Assembly: GCF_006345805.1 (NCBI RefSeq)
Contig: NW_021833231.1
Coordinates: 1-64,000, forward strand
DNA length: 64,000 bases
From: Octopus sinensis
Lineage: Eukaryota
Direction: 5' to 3'
The position numbers and the translations under genes were made by a program. Each line of letters starts with the position of its first letter. Positions within the stretch are counted from its first letter, which is position 1. Positions 37,494 through 50,833 of the stretch are shown here, one piece after another. The notes under the pieces were generated by a model. It was not told the DNA's origin, did no database searches, and saw nothing but the letters and a program-made list of their open reading frames with translations.

Positions 37494-37992
37494 CTCAGCT
37501 CTCAATCTCTCTAAATACACAGTCACTTTCTTTCTCTACTTCTTCTCTACCCACTATCACACTATTAAATTTTAAATATAATTAGATAGATAAATAAATA
37601 TAATTAGATAGATAAATTAGATATAATAGATAGATATAATTAGATAGATAAATAAATAAAATATCTTCTTATCTTCTCTCAGCTCTCAATCTCTCTAAAT
37701 ACACAGTCACTTTCCTTCTCTTTTCTTCTCTACCCTCTATCACACTATTAAATTTTAAATATAATTAGATAGATAAATTAGATATAATAGATAGATATAA
37801 TTAGATAGATAAATAAATATAATTAGATAGATATAATTAGATAGATAAATAAATAAAATATCTTCTTATCTTCTCTCAGCTCTCAATCTCTCTAAATACA
37901 CAGTCACTTTCTTTCTTTACTTCTTCTCTGCCCTCTATCACACTATTAAATTTTAAACATAATTAGATAGATAAATAAATAAAATATCCAAC
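37494..37992 (+). repeat. Three tandem ~185-197-bp monomers directly upstream of ORF1
   Basis: ctcagctctcaatctctctaaatacacagtcac starts at 37494, 37678 and 37875; the last unit ends at the ATG at 37993. Confidence 0.85.
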
Positions 37993-38898
37993 ATGTCCAG
38001 AACCTGGAGACGTGACGAATTGGCGTTGTTCGTACGAGCCTGGCAATGCGCCGACGGAGATAATCCTAACAATATAATTACAGCTGCGCTGAAGAGCAGT
38101 AGTTATAAAAGGACAATAGCTCAGATAGAGCGGAAGAAGCAGGAGTTTATACGCTCCTACGCACTTATAAGATCTCACATTGGCACGCTTGATGCCATCT
38201 TTGAGGACGAACAAAGTAAAGATGGCAAGATTGGAGACACGGGTGCTGATGAAAGAAGTCACCCCCACCTAGTAGACACCCGGGAAGAAGTTTCAAGTGA
38301 GAAACCTGCCCGGAAAGTAAACCCAAGTGCAAGTGCTCCTACCAGCACCAAAAGCCATGGAGATGAAAAACACAAAAAAGAAATAAAAGGAGGAAAAACT
38401 AAAAGAAAAACTCAAACAAAACCAAAAAATGAAACAGCCAAGAATAGAAGTAAAACTGACTATCCATATACCAAAAAGGATGGAAACAAACAGCGCACAC
38501 GGGTGTGTAGGTTCTACCTGAGAGGTACCTGCTGGCATGGAGAGGAAGGTGCAGGTTGCCGTTTTGCACATCGGGGACCCTGCCGCAGAGACACGAAACA
38601 GATCAGAAACAAACTAACAAAAGGAAAAGGGATGGACCACGCACCACCTGCCCCAAAGCGGAGGTACGCAGATGTGGTGCGTGCCACAAACCGCCAACAT
38701 GATGTTGTTGAAAGGGCAGCTGCTGAACAAGAATCTTTTTTGTGCATGGCACAAAAGATTGTACAGCAGCTAACATGGCTTCATCAAACCCAAGCTCGCA
38801 GATTGGACTGCCCACAATATACAAGACCACCACAGCAAATAGACCCAAGGGGGACACCACCGGCAACAGCATACACCTCACCTCGATGCTCCTACTGA
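37993..38898 (+). CDS. LINE ORF1 protein, 301 aa, with CCCH-type zinc finger; uninterrupted
   Basis: CRFYLRGTCWHGEEGAGCRFAH (C-x7-C-x8-C-x3-H); basic linker; YADVV motif; stop overlaps the ORF2 start. Confidence 0.8.
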   Translation: MSRTWRRDELALFVRAWQCADGDNPNNIITAALKSSSYKRTIAQIERKKQEFIRSYALIRSHIGTLDAIFEDEQSKDGKIGDTGADERSHPHLVDTREEVSSEKPARKVNPSASAPTSTKSHGDEKHKKEIKGGKTKRKTQTKPKNETAKNRSKTDYPYTKKDGNKQRTRVCRFYLRGTCWHGEEGAGCRFAHRGPCRRDTKQIRNKLTKGKGMDHAPPAPKRRYADVVRATNRQHDVVERAAAEQESFLCMAQKIVQQLTWLHQTQARRLDCPQYTRPPQQIDPRGTPPATAYTSPRCSY

Positions 38899-41837
38899 AC
38901 ATCAGAGGACTGCTAACACTCAGTAACAGGACAAAAATCCCGTTCCTGAGAGACTTTGTTGCATGCAATCAAGCCTTATGCATAGCACTTACTGAAACGC
39001 ACCTGAAACCGGACATAGCAGATGCGGAATTACACATACCACAGTATGTTGTATTACGGACCGACAGAAAGAAAGGAGTCATGGAGGAGTTGCTATGTAC
39101 ATCCGTGAGGACCTCACACCTCAGGTCCTTTTGTCATACTCAAACTCGGTGTGTGACACACTAATTGTACATATAAGGCAGCTTGATGTAGTTGTGTGTG
39201 CTACATATCGCCCTCCAGATGCCCCAAGCCATGTAGGCAAGTTTGAAGACTGCCTTATAAAAATAGAAGTTCTAATCACATTAGAACCACACATAAGTGT
39301 ACTTCTTATGGGAGATTTCAATCTACCCAATGTCAGATGGCTCGAGGACCTTTCTCTCCCAGGAATGACAAGATGTGAACGAGGACAGGCGAGGTCCCTC
39401 CTGAACCTCATCAACACCCTGTACATGGAGCAAGTAATACTCCAACCAACCAGGGCAGGTAACACACTGGATCTCTGCTTCACAAATAATATGGATCTCA
39501 TCCATAATGTGAAAGTGACACCGACACTACTCTCGGATCACAACATGGTAGAGCTGACCACGTACGGGCCAAAGGAAAGCATGGACATGCAGCCTACAAG
39601 AAACCCTCAGAATCTTTCCAGCTTGAACTTCCATAAGGCAAACTGGAAACAAATTGAGAAAGAGATCCTCAAACAAAACTGGCCTGAATGTCTCTCCTCG
39701 CCAGACATCGACGTGAAACTTCAACAATTCATGTCTGTAATGCAAGTCATATGCTACAAATGTGTCCCAGAGAGAAAGGCCACTGTACACAAGAACAAAA
39801 TCCCCAGAGAGAGGAAGATTTTAATGAGGACGGCGTACAAAATTTCAAATCGCCTAAACAACAAATTGAAAGCAGTGAAAAGTCCCGCCTGAAAAATAAA
39901 ACTGTTGGAAATTGAAAAATGTCTGCAACTCTCCCATGAAAAGGAAAGAGCAGACTAAGAAGCCTGGGCTATAGACAACATAAAATCTAACCCCAGAGCT
40001 TTCTACAGGTATTCCAAAGAAACAACTACGGTGCACTGTAGGATAGGGCCACTCCTTGAAAAGGATGGCACACTCACAGGAAAACCAATGAGGGTAAGTG
40101 AAATACTGAATGAGCAATTCAAGAGTGTTTTCACTCCACCCCTTGGGCATTTCCAAATCACCAATCCAACTGACTTCTTTACCACTGCAGATATAAAATC
40201 AGAGGCAGCGACGATAGATTACATCGATATAAAGGAAGACGATGTAATAAAGGCTATAGATGAAATGAAAACGGACTCAGCTACTGGCCCCGATGGATTC
40301 CCGGCAATCCTCCTAAAAGTATGTAAGAGAGTCCTAGCAAGACCACTGCAGTTCCTCTTTCAGAGCTCCTTGCAGCTGGCAAACTTCCAAGAAAACTGAA
40401 GGAAGGTAAAATGCCCTATTAATAAAGGAGGTAGCAGAGCGGAGGCCAAGAACTACAGACCTATCTCTCTGACCTCACACATCAGCAAGGTCATGGAACG
40501 AATAGTCAGAAGGAAACTGATCACCTTCCTCGGAGAAAATGACTTGCTGCCTGACACCCAACATGGTTTCCGACCAGGAAGAAGCTGCTTAACTCAGCTC
40601 CTACAACACTATGACTGGGTGCTGAAACGACTGCTCAACCACTCAAATGTGGAAGTGATATATCTCGACTTTGCAAAGGCCTTTGATAAAGTCGATCATG
40701 GAATGATATGTCACAAACTGCGTGATGTTAGCATAGTTGGAAAACTGGGAGAATGGCTTCATGACTTTCTGAAAGATAGAAGTCAGGTGGTAGTAGCCAA
40801 TGGGGCCACTTCCATTAACACGCAAATAGTGAGCGGTGTTCCGCAGGGCACTGTTTTGGGACCACTACTGTTCATAATGGCCCTCTCAGACATGCTCTCA
40901 GCCACGCAGAGAGCCACGATCACAAGTTATGCAGATGATACAAAAGTTTCACAGGCAATACAGAACCCTGAGGACACTAAACGCCTGCAATGTGAGCTGG
41001 ACAAAATATACAAGTGGGCTGAAAAGAATAGCATGCAGTTCAATACTGAAAAGTTTCAAGCTTTATGCTATCAGCAAGCAAAACTAAATGCAATACCCAA
41101 TGAATACACTGGACCCGGAGGAATTGCAATCCCAGAGGCACATCAGTGCGTGACCTGGGTATTTACATGAGTGATGACGCAACCTTCGTGTACATGTTGC
41201 TAAATTGGCAATGAAATGTAGACGACTGGCCGGATGGATTCTTAGAACCTTTAGAACAAGAGAACAAGAAACCATGATGGTCCTCTGGAGGACACTTGTT
41301 CTAAGCCACTTTGACTATTGCTCTCAGCTATGGTCACCATCCAGTGTCAAGCTGATCACAGAACTTGAGGCGATCCAACGTAGCTACACGAAGAAGATAG
41401 CCTCTGTGCAGAATATAAGCTACTGGGAAAGACTCAAGAGATTAAAACTCTATTCCTTGGAGCGTAAGCGAGAAAGATAGGCCATAATATACATTTGGAA
41501 GATCCTGGAAGGACTTGTCCCAAACTTTGGCATCGAGAGTTACGCAAATGCCAGAACTGGGCGCAACTGCGTGGTGCCAATGACTCCAAATTTGCCATCA
41601 AGATGTAGGACAAGATACTGTGATAGCCTGGGCTTCCGAGGCCCACAGCTCTTCAATATCCTCCCGAAGAACCTAAGAGACCTGCATGGGGTGGATGCAG
41701 ATGTCTTTAAAATGAAACTGGATCTCTTCTTGTCAGGTATCCCAGATGAACCAACTTCACGGCAGGAGGTGCAGATGAGGGAAGCTGCATCGAACTCTCT
41801 CATGCACCAAATGGCAGTTGCTAAAAAGCATTCGTGA
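38886..41837 (+). pseudogene. CR1-type ORF2 (APE plus RT), multiply frameshifted
   Basis: LNIRGL, LTETHL, YRPP, GDFNLP, LSDHN; GPDG, NYRPISLTS, QHGFR, LDFAKAFD, GVPQGTVLGP, YADDTK; [15 protein letters not shown]-terminus. Confidence 0.95.
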
Positions 41838-42113
41838 AGTAAAACCATGTAGCAACACCAAATGGCGGTGCCCAGCATGGTCACAGCTCGTGAGCTGAAA
41901 CTAGAATCAATCATATATGTATGTATGTATATATATACATGCATACATATATACTTATATGTACATATAGTAATATATATGTATATGCATGTATATATAT
42001 ATATATGCGTATATGTATGAGAATATATATGTGTGTATGTGCGTATGTATATATAAATGCATGTATATAGATAAATATATATTTATATTATTATGTATAT
42101 ATGTATATATATG

Positions 42114-42176
<63 letters not shown>

Positions 42177-42266
42177 TTAAATATACATATATATAATGTG
42201 TGAATAATATGTGAGTGCGTGAGATGAAGTGTGTTTGTGGATATAGGTAAATGAACCGTCGGTGGA

Positions 42267-42317
<51 letters not shown>

Positions 42318-42550
42318 AGAGAGAATTTAAGTGTGTGTGTGTGTGTTTGTGTGTCTGTGTGTGAGAGAGAGTGAGAGGGGGAGAGAAAATGTTATAAGTC
42401 ACCAGCGATTGTCAGAATATAAAGGAAACATCTATGCCCCCCCCCACAACCTCCTGTCAACAACAACAACAGAAATCAACGTTGCGCTATGTCATAACGT
42501 GCTGTTGATTGCTGGAAGTAGCGTTATTGATGATGATGATGATGGTGATA

Positions 42551-42587
<37 letters not shown>

Positions 42588-42708
42588 CGATGACGACGAT
42601 GGTGATGATATTGATGATGATAATGACAATGAGCATGTTAATGACGTCGTTCCCATAAACACTGATCGCTTATGTATGTACGTATGCATATATATATATA
42701 TGTATGTA

Positions 42709-42759
<51 letters not shown>

Positions 42760-42848
42760 TTATATATTATATATATATATGTAGGTCCGGGTTGATTCGG
42801 GGTTAACCACAGTAAGTAAGGTACTCAATACATAGCAGAGTAAAATTA

Positions 42849-42944
42849 ATTTATTATATAGAAGGAGCTTCTACAGGACTAGTACTGTTTCATTCTCTTG
42901 AATGAAACAGTACTAGTCCTGTAGAAGCTCCTTCTATATAATAA

Positions 42945-42946
<2 letters not shown>
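42849..42946. repeat. Perfect 47-bp fold-back hairpin (4-nt loop) containing a GAAAC...GTC half-hammerhead
   Basis: 42849-42895 is the exact reverse complement of 42900-42946; loop tctt; between (TA)n tracts. Confidence 0.9.
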
Positions 42947-43026
<80 letters not shown>

Positions 43027-43143
43027 TAGGTGCAGTATCTCACAGAAGTATGTACACTCCTAAAAAATTTCAGTAAAATTGCCATTACTTTAATAATATC
43101 GAAAGAAGTCAAACGAAAATTATACTGAATAAAATATATGATA

Positions 43144-43354
43144 CAGGGTGCGGCAGAAATAGTTGCCACATTTGACAGGTTGACAAAAGGAAAAAGAAAC
43201 AACATTTATGAAAAATTAATTGTGCTGTTGTTTAAACAAATGGTTACAGTTTTTGTTCGTTAGCTAACTGCAAACATCATTGGCACTTGCATAAGTTCAT
43301 TAGCAACATATAATTTAAAGTTTAAAATGTGGGAGGTATTTCTGCCGCACTCTG
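43144..43354. mobile_element. Tc1/mariner-type MITE, 211 bp
   Basis: ta|cagggtgcggcagaaata ... tatttctgccgcactctg|ta. Confidence 0.85.
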
Positions 43355-43629
43355 TACATGCAAACATTATACAAATTTGGAATACAAAACAATAAATATT
43401 TTCAAAGATATGAACGCGATATTAGTTTTCAAACGTTACAAAAATATGTCCACCCTAAAGGAAATTTGCTATATTCAATATTTTATCCACTTTTTTCTTT
43501 TACTAAATTCAGATATTGCTGATAGTTTCAATTCTAATAAATTATTTCTCCTGGCATTTTTACACCGGCCATTGTTATTGAATCTGCAGTAATTCTGATT
43601 TGTGTACCGTGATGAAAATCGGCTTCATT

Positions 43630-45253
43630 GTGATTAAAATGGCATCAAAATGAAGATAATTGTCTGAAGATTTGAAGAAAATTTTTTAAAATTTGCACAA
43701 GAATGGTTTAGGATACAAATTAATTAGCAAACGAATACATATTAGCGTAAACACAGTTGCCAAAGTAATTCAGAAGTACAAAGCTACTGGACGGCTAAGC
43801 AGTAAACATCGACCAGATCGTCCTTCTGTTTTAACTGCGCGTGATATTCGCCTCATCCAACCTTGTGAGATGGACGACAGGCGTCGTACTGCTTCATCTT
43901 TGGCCCAAGAAGTGTCTTCTGTAAGTGGAAAGAGTGTATCCGAAGGCGGTGAGCTGGCAGAATCGTTAGCACGCTGGGCGAAAGGCGTAGCCGTATTTCG
44001 TCTGCCGCAACGTTTAGAGTTCAAATTCCACCGAGGTCGACTTTGCCTTTCATTCTTTCGGGGTCGATTAAATAAGTACCAGTTACGCACTGGGATCGAT
44101 GTAATCGACTTAATCCCTTCCCCAAATTTGAGGCCTTGTGCTTCCAGTAGAAAGGAAAGAGTGTATCCGGCCGAACAGTTCGTCGAAGTTTGAACCATTG
44201 TGGTCTTCATGGACGCATTCCTCGTAGGAAGCCTCTCCTCACTACCAAGCATAAATCAAGTCGTCTTTCCTTTGCCGAAACCTATGTTGGTAAGGGGAAA
44301 GAGTTTTGGAATAAAATTCTTTTTACTAACGAGACTAAAATCAAATTGTTTGGGTCAGATGGTATTAAATGATTAGGCGGAGAGCTGGCAGAAACGTTAG
44401 CACGTCGGGCGAATTGCGTAGCCGTATTTCGTCTGCCGTTACGTTGTGAGTTCAAATTCCGCCGAGGTCGACTTTGCCTTTCATCCTTTCGGGGTCGATA
44501 AATTAAGTACCAGTTACGCACTGGGGTCGATGTAATCGACTTAATACCTATGTCTGTCCTTGTTTGTCCTCTCTATGTTTAGCCCCTTGTGGGTAATAAA
44601 GAAATAGGTATTTCGTCTGCCGTTACGTTGTGAGTTCAAATTCCGCCGAGGTCGACGTTACCTTTCATCCTTTCGGGGTCGATAAATTAAGTACCAGTTG
44701 CGCACTGGGGTCGATGTAATCGACTTAATACCTATGTCTGTCCCCTCTGTGTTTAGCCCCTTGTAGGTAATAAAGTAATAGGTATTAAATGAGTATGGCG
44801 ATGACCAAGTGAAGATAATAACGACAAATGCACCGTGTTATGCTTTGAAGATGAATGGGTGTGGCTGGTGTGAGAGGACCCACTTTTATTGAGAGAACAA
44901 TGGAATCAAGGCTTTATTGAGACATCGTGGCACTCCGTCAGTTACGATGACGAGGGCTCCAGATGATCCGATCAACAGAACAGCCTGCTCGGGGAATTAA
45001 CGTGTAAGTGGTTGAGCACTCCTCAGACACACGTACCCTTAACGTAGTTCTCAGGCAAAATGTCGACCTGGTTGAGATTTGATCTCAAAACATAAGGGGA
45101 TGTAATCAAATACTGCAAGATATTTTACGCTGCGCCCTAGCAATTCTAATGCAATGCCTGAGAAAAACGACTGGGTGGTTATGACTGGAACGCTTTTGAT
45201 TACAGTGCCGCTCACTCAGAGCTGACCTGAATCCCAACAATAATAAAAACACC

Positions 45254-45294
<41 letters not shown>

Positions 45295-46009
45295 CAACAA
45301 CATTACCAATCGCTACCCTCGTCACCACTCCCATCACCTCCACCATCACCTCACCTCATCACCAGCAGCAGCAGCTCGTGAAATTAACGTGCAAGTGGAT
45401 GAGTACTCGACAGACACGCGTACTCTTAACGTAGTTCTCGGTGAGATTCAGCGTGACACAGTTTGTGACAAGCCAGGCTCTTAGAAATACAGGTACAACA
45501 GAAACAGGAAAGAAGAATGAGAGGAAGTTGTGGTGAAAGAGTACAGCACGGTTCACCACCACCCGGAGCCTCGTGGAGCTTTAGGTGTTTTTGCTCAATA
45601 AACACCCACAACGCCCGGTCTGGGAATCGAAACCGCGATCCTACGACCGCGAGTCTGCTGCCCTAACCACTGGGCCATTGCGACTCCACTATTGTGATAT
45701 ATTGCAGAAAACAATGTTGAAAAGCTTCAAAGAACTAGAAAGACATTCCATGTTCCAACATAATAATGACCCTAAACACACTTCAAAGATGACTAAGTTT
45801 TTCTCAGATGAAAAGGTAAAGGCATTGCCTTGGCATATCATATCACCTGATTTAAACCCAGTAGAACAACTGTGGGGTGTTTTGAAAAGGAAAGTTGTGG
45901 GGAAAATGACCCTGCAATGTAACACAGTTGAAAGACATCATTCTAAATGAATGGAGGTCGATTTGATCGGTTGTATGCGGAAATTTAGTCGACTCAATGC
46001 ACAGAAGAC

Positions 46010-46010
<1 letters not shown>
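43630..46010 (+). pseudogene. Tc1 (DD34E) transposase relic split by at least four SINE/composite insertions
   Basis: HKNGLGYKLIS HTH, GRIPRRKPLL, ILFTNETK, FQHNNDPKH, SPDLNPVE in collinear pieces at 43693, 44190, 44790 and 45690. Confidence 0.9.
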
Positions 46011-46044
<34 letters not shown>

Positions 46045-46051
<7 letters not shown>

Positions 46052-46625
46052 GTAATAATAATGAAATTATTGTATACGGTGCTCAGGTGCACCACAACTT
46101 GTCAAAAGTGCGTATAAAGCATGTGCCTTAATGTACAAATGTCTGGGACGTGAACAGTGTGTGAGTCAGATACATGCTTGCGTGTGTATGGAGGGGAGAA
46201 AATCAGGTGTAGTGTTGGCGAATCTCAGGAAGCACGGAAGTTTTGAAGGATGCAGTGCTCCGACAACTAACAACTGATGCCGGCAGTCTGTTCCATGCTT
46301 CAGCAACTCTTGGCGTGAAAAAATGTTTCCGAAAGTCATGGGAGCTGTGCTGTTTCTTGACTTTGTAAACATGTCCACGGGTGTTAGACAGGTGGAGTTT
46401 GAAAAGGTACTCAGAGTTATTGTTTGTAAGATGGTTCATAATTTTATGGGTGTCTGTCAAGTCAGCTGCCATACGTCGAAGTTTCAATGTGTCCATGCCC
46501 AGGGAAGTAAGGCGTTCAGAATATGGCAAATGTTTGATGGAGGGTATTCTCTTGGTTGCACGTCGCTGAACGGCTTCCAGACGATTAGTATCATTGAAAG
46601 CAAGGGCGGTCACACCAAACATTAA
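46045..46625 (-). pseudogene. 5'-truncated CR1-type LINE 3' fragment
   Basis: LEAVQRRATK..YSERL..NTRGH..FFTPRVAEAWNRLP; tail runs into (TTA)n. Confidence 0.9.
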
Positions 46626-46853
46626 ATATAGCAAATAATTCTTTAAGTTGTATATTTTTTAGCATCGTTCGAAAATTAATATTTCGTTCATATCTTTGAA
46701 AACGTCTATTGTTTTCTGTTTCAAATATATATAATGTTTGCATGTATAATATATTTTATTCAGTATAAATTTCGTTTGATTTTCTTCGATATTATCAGAA
46801 TAATGCCAACTTTACTGAAAGTTTTTAGGGGTGTACATACTTCTCTGAGATAC

Positions 46854-46886
<33 letters not shown>

Positions 46887-47125
46887 ATATATATATATAC
46901 ATACATTATATATATATATATATATAGTTTTAAATTCAGGTACACACCTTGTAACCATGCAGTATGCCGTTTAAAGCCCGTTTACTGTATTTGGCAACCT
47001 GATGTCATCAAAATTATGGATTCATATGCCAGAGAATTTACTACAGAAATACCTTCGTGTCTGAGAAAAAGAGAAAGAAAATGGAATTCACGAGATTCTT
47101 TATTAATCTCATGAATTCCATTTTC

Positions 47126-47164
<39 letters not shown>

Positions 47165-47178
47165 CTCTCTCTCTCTCC

Positions 47179-47218
<40 letters not shown>

Positions 47219-47768
47219 GATATATAATGCAAAATGGGACAAGAACGCAAAACATCCGGACAACTAGGGACAACAAAACATCCAGATAGACGATACAAAA
47301 AAAAAAACAAGGGTCATTCGAAGCTTTCAGTCAAGAACCAGATCATCCTCACAATTTCGGCTTATTAATCTTGAGATTGCCCCAATCTGGCCAGCCCCAA
47401 AGAAAAACTAAGCTAAGAGCATTAGATTCCTTGGAAGAAAGCATCGAATGTATACGAAAACAAGGACGGAAAAACAGTCGATGTTACACAAATATAAATA
47501 CAATATAAATACAATAAAAATAATAATAATAACAGGACATAACAACAGGTGTCTTTCGACTGGGGACGAATTATATATATATATATATATACAAAATAAG
47601 AAAATGGAGAAATAGATTCCTTTCAATCATCAACTTATAGATAATACCAATTCATATAATTTACTAATTAATTAAATAGGAACATCCAAATCCAACAGAA
47701 TAAAACAGAATAAAACAATATACATCAATAAGTAAGATAATACCATAAAAATAATACATATAAAATGG

Positions 47769-47894
47769 ATCTTACAGCTGTTTCAGCCTGTAGATAAGAG
47801 TACCTCATTATGCCCATATTAGTCAGATGTATTGAGGTAATATGCAGTTAAAAATGAGTTACTTATATATATATCTCAAGGCCTCGTCAGAGAT
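47769..47894 (-). ncRNA. Type I hammerhead motif with 89-nt structured insert in stem II
   Basis: Minus strand reads atct-CTGACGA-ggcct-[89 nt]-aggct-GAAAC-AGCT-GTA-agat; intact core, palindromic stem III loop. Confidence 0.65.
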
Positions 47895-48576
47895 TATAAA
47901 GTACAATCATGAAGATATAAAATGAAGATATAAAATGCAAATAGAGGTATATATTGTTGCGTTGATTAAAATAAATTCGTGTGCATTTACATTTAACACT
48001 TTCTTGTAAGCCTAAAAGTAGAAAAGAAAATGCAACGCTGCCGTAGCTCAATGTTTTGTTGCTTGATTACGCTTCATCATATATAAATAGTAAATTTGTA
48101 GTCCACAACCCACCAATTACAGCCGTTTCTATACGTAAATAGCGAAAAATAAATTTCCTAGTGCGTGCAAAGTTCTGTCAAGCTGGAATTAATGATTTGA
48201 AGTCGAACTAATAAAGCGTAATCACGCATAAAAACGTTCCGATTATGTCATTCATATCTTTGCTCGGTTTGTTTTCACTGTCCATAAGCAGAATATATCC
48301 TCTGAGACCGTTACTGCAGCGAGTATCTCTTCCTGTTTCAGCGCACACGAACGTGGCAAATATAAATGAACAACGCTTTAAATATGCACACACGGGAATG
48401 TATAGATGGGAGCGTGTGTGCGTCTGAGCATTTGTGTGTTTGTACATTTTTGTGCATACACACTCACACAGGCTCGAAACGTAAAAGACTTTTTCTATTC
48501 CTGAGCGTTACACTAATACATCTGTTTGTTTTGTACACCACCTGTCTTCGTCTTTTGTTTATTTTCGTATCTTTCC

Positions 48577-48654
<78 letters not shown>

Positions 48655-48664
48655 TATCTATCTG

Positions 48665-48741
<77 letters not shown>

Positions 48742-49090
48742 AACATACATATTATTTAGTCTTTTACTTGTTTCAGTCATTTTACTGTGGCCATTCGGAA
48801 GCACTACTTTCAGTCGGGCAAATCAAAGCCAGGGCTTATTCTTTGCAAGCCTAGTACTTATTCTATCGGTCCATTTTGCCGAACCGCTAAGTTAGGGGAA
48901 CGTAAACACACCAGCATCCGTTGTCAAGCGATCTTGGTGGGACAAACACAGATACACAAACATATCACACACACACACACATACATATACATATATACTA
49001 CGGGCTTCTTTCAGTTTCCGTCCACCAAATCCACTGAAAAGGATGTCAAGTGGTTAAATAAATATATTCATCTCTCATAATTTGTGACTT

Positions 49091-49171
<81 letters not shown>

Positions 49172-49413
49172 ATGTATATATATGTACATATATTGTATAT
49201 ATATATATGTGTATATTTGTATATATATATGTATATATATTGTATTATATATATATGTATATATATATGTATATATATGTATATATATATATGTATATAT
49301 ATATGTATATAATGTATATATATATATATATGTATATATATGTATATATATATATGTATATATATATATATGAATATATATGTATATATTTATATGTATA
49401 TATATATATGTAA

Positions 49414-49472
<59 letters not shown>

Positions 49473-50373
49473 ATATATGAATATATATATGTATATATTT
49501 ATATATATTATATATAATATGTATATATGTGTATATATATGTATATATATGTATATATATGTATATAGATATATATATGCATATATATATATAAATATAT
49601 GTATATTATATATATGCTATATATATATATTTATATACATATATTTATATACATATATATATATACATACATATAGATAGATATGTGGTGGTGGAGCATC
49701 GTGGTTGAGGAGTTGTGTGGGTGGGCAGTGGTTTTGTTGAGATAGTGATGGCAGGCGGTGGTGGTGTGGGTGACGGCGTTGGTCGTGGCAGTGGCAGTGG
49801 TGATGGTGTGTGGGGTTCGTGGTGGTGGTAGCGGTGGTGTATGTAGAGGTTGTGATGGCGATGTAGGTGGTGATGGAGTTAGTAGTAGTAGTAGTAGTGG
49901 TGGTAGCGATGGTGGTAGTTGCGTCCGATAGTGTTTAATTGAAGACGTCTGGCTTATTATTAATGGCTGGTGGTGAGGTGTAGTGGAAACAGAAGAAAAA
50001 AAAACCATAACCAGAAAAAAAAATAAAAAAAGCAAAAAAACAAAAACAAAAAAAACAGGAAAATAATAAGAGAAGCCTTCTTCCAACCCAGAGAAACCAA
50101 ATTAAATAGGAGCAAAAGTACAAAATAAAAACACATACAAAAACACGGAAGTAAACAAGTAAATAAATAATATATGAAATAGAATTTAATGTATGAGTTA
50201 GTTTCTGTGAGTCAAAGATACAGTTTTGGTTTGATACGGTGCCAATATATGAATTGGTTAGGGTGTAAGTTCGGTAACTGTTGGCTTTAAGGATAAACGA
50301 GCAGCAGTTAACCAGAAAATATGAAGAGTGGGATAAAAAATGATCACGCATACACACTGGTGTATAATATATA

Positions 50374-50430
<57 letters not shown>

Positions 50431-50723
50431 TATATATATATATATATATATAATATGTATGTATATATGTATATGTATATATATATATGTATATATATAT
50501 ATATGTATATGTATATATATATATATGTATATGTATATATATATGTATATGTATATATATATATGTATATATATATAAATACGTGTATATATATATACAT
50601 ACATATACATATATATATATACATACATATACACATATATATACATATATATACACATATACTTACATATATATACATATATATATACATATATATAATA
50701 TATATATATATATACATGTATAT

Positions 50724-50778
<55 letters not shown>

Positions 50779-50802
50779 CATATACATATACATATTTATA
50801 CA

Positions 50803-50833
<31 letters not shown>

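Larger units (their letters stand above)
37180..41912 (+). mobile_element. Near full-length CR1-type LINE
   Basis: 5' tandem repeats, ORF1, overlapping ORF2, short 3' UTR ending in a stem-loop then aatcaatca/(TA)n; 5' boundary approximate. Confidence 0.9.

Noticed and set aside
43144-43180. Left TIR as the terminus of the downstream Tc1 relic
   Set aside because: Its partner TIR is at about 43329-43354, defining a separate 211-bp MITE.
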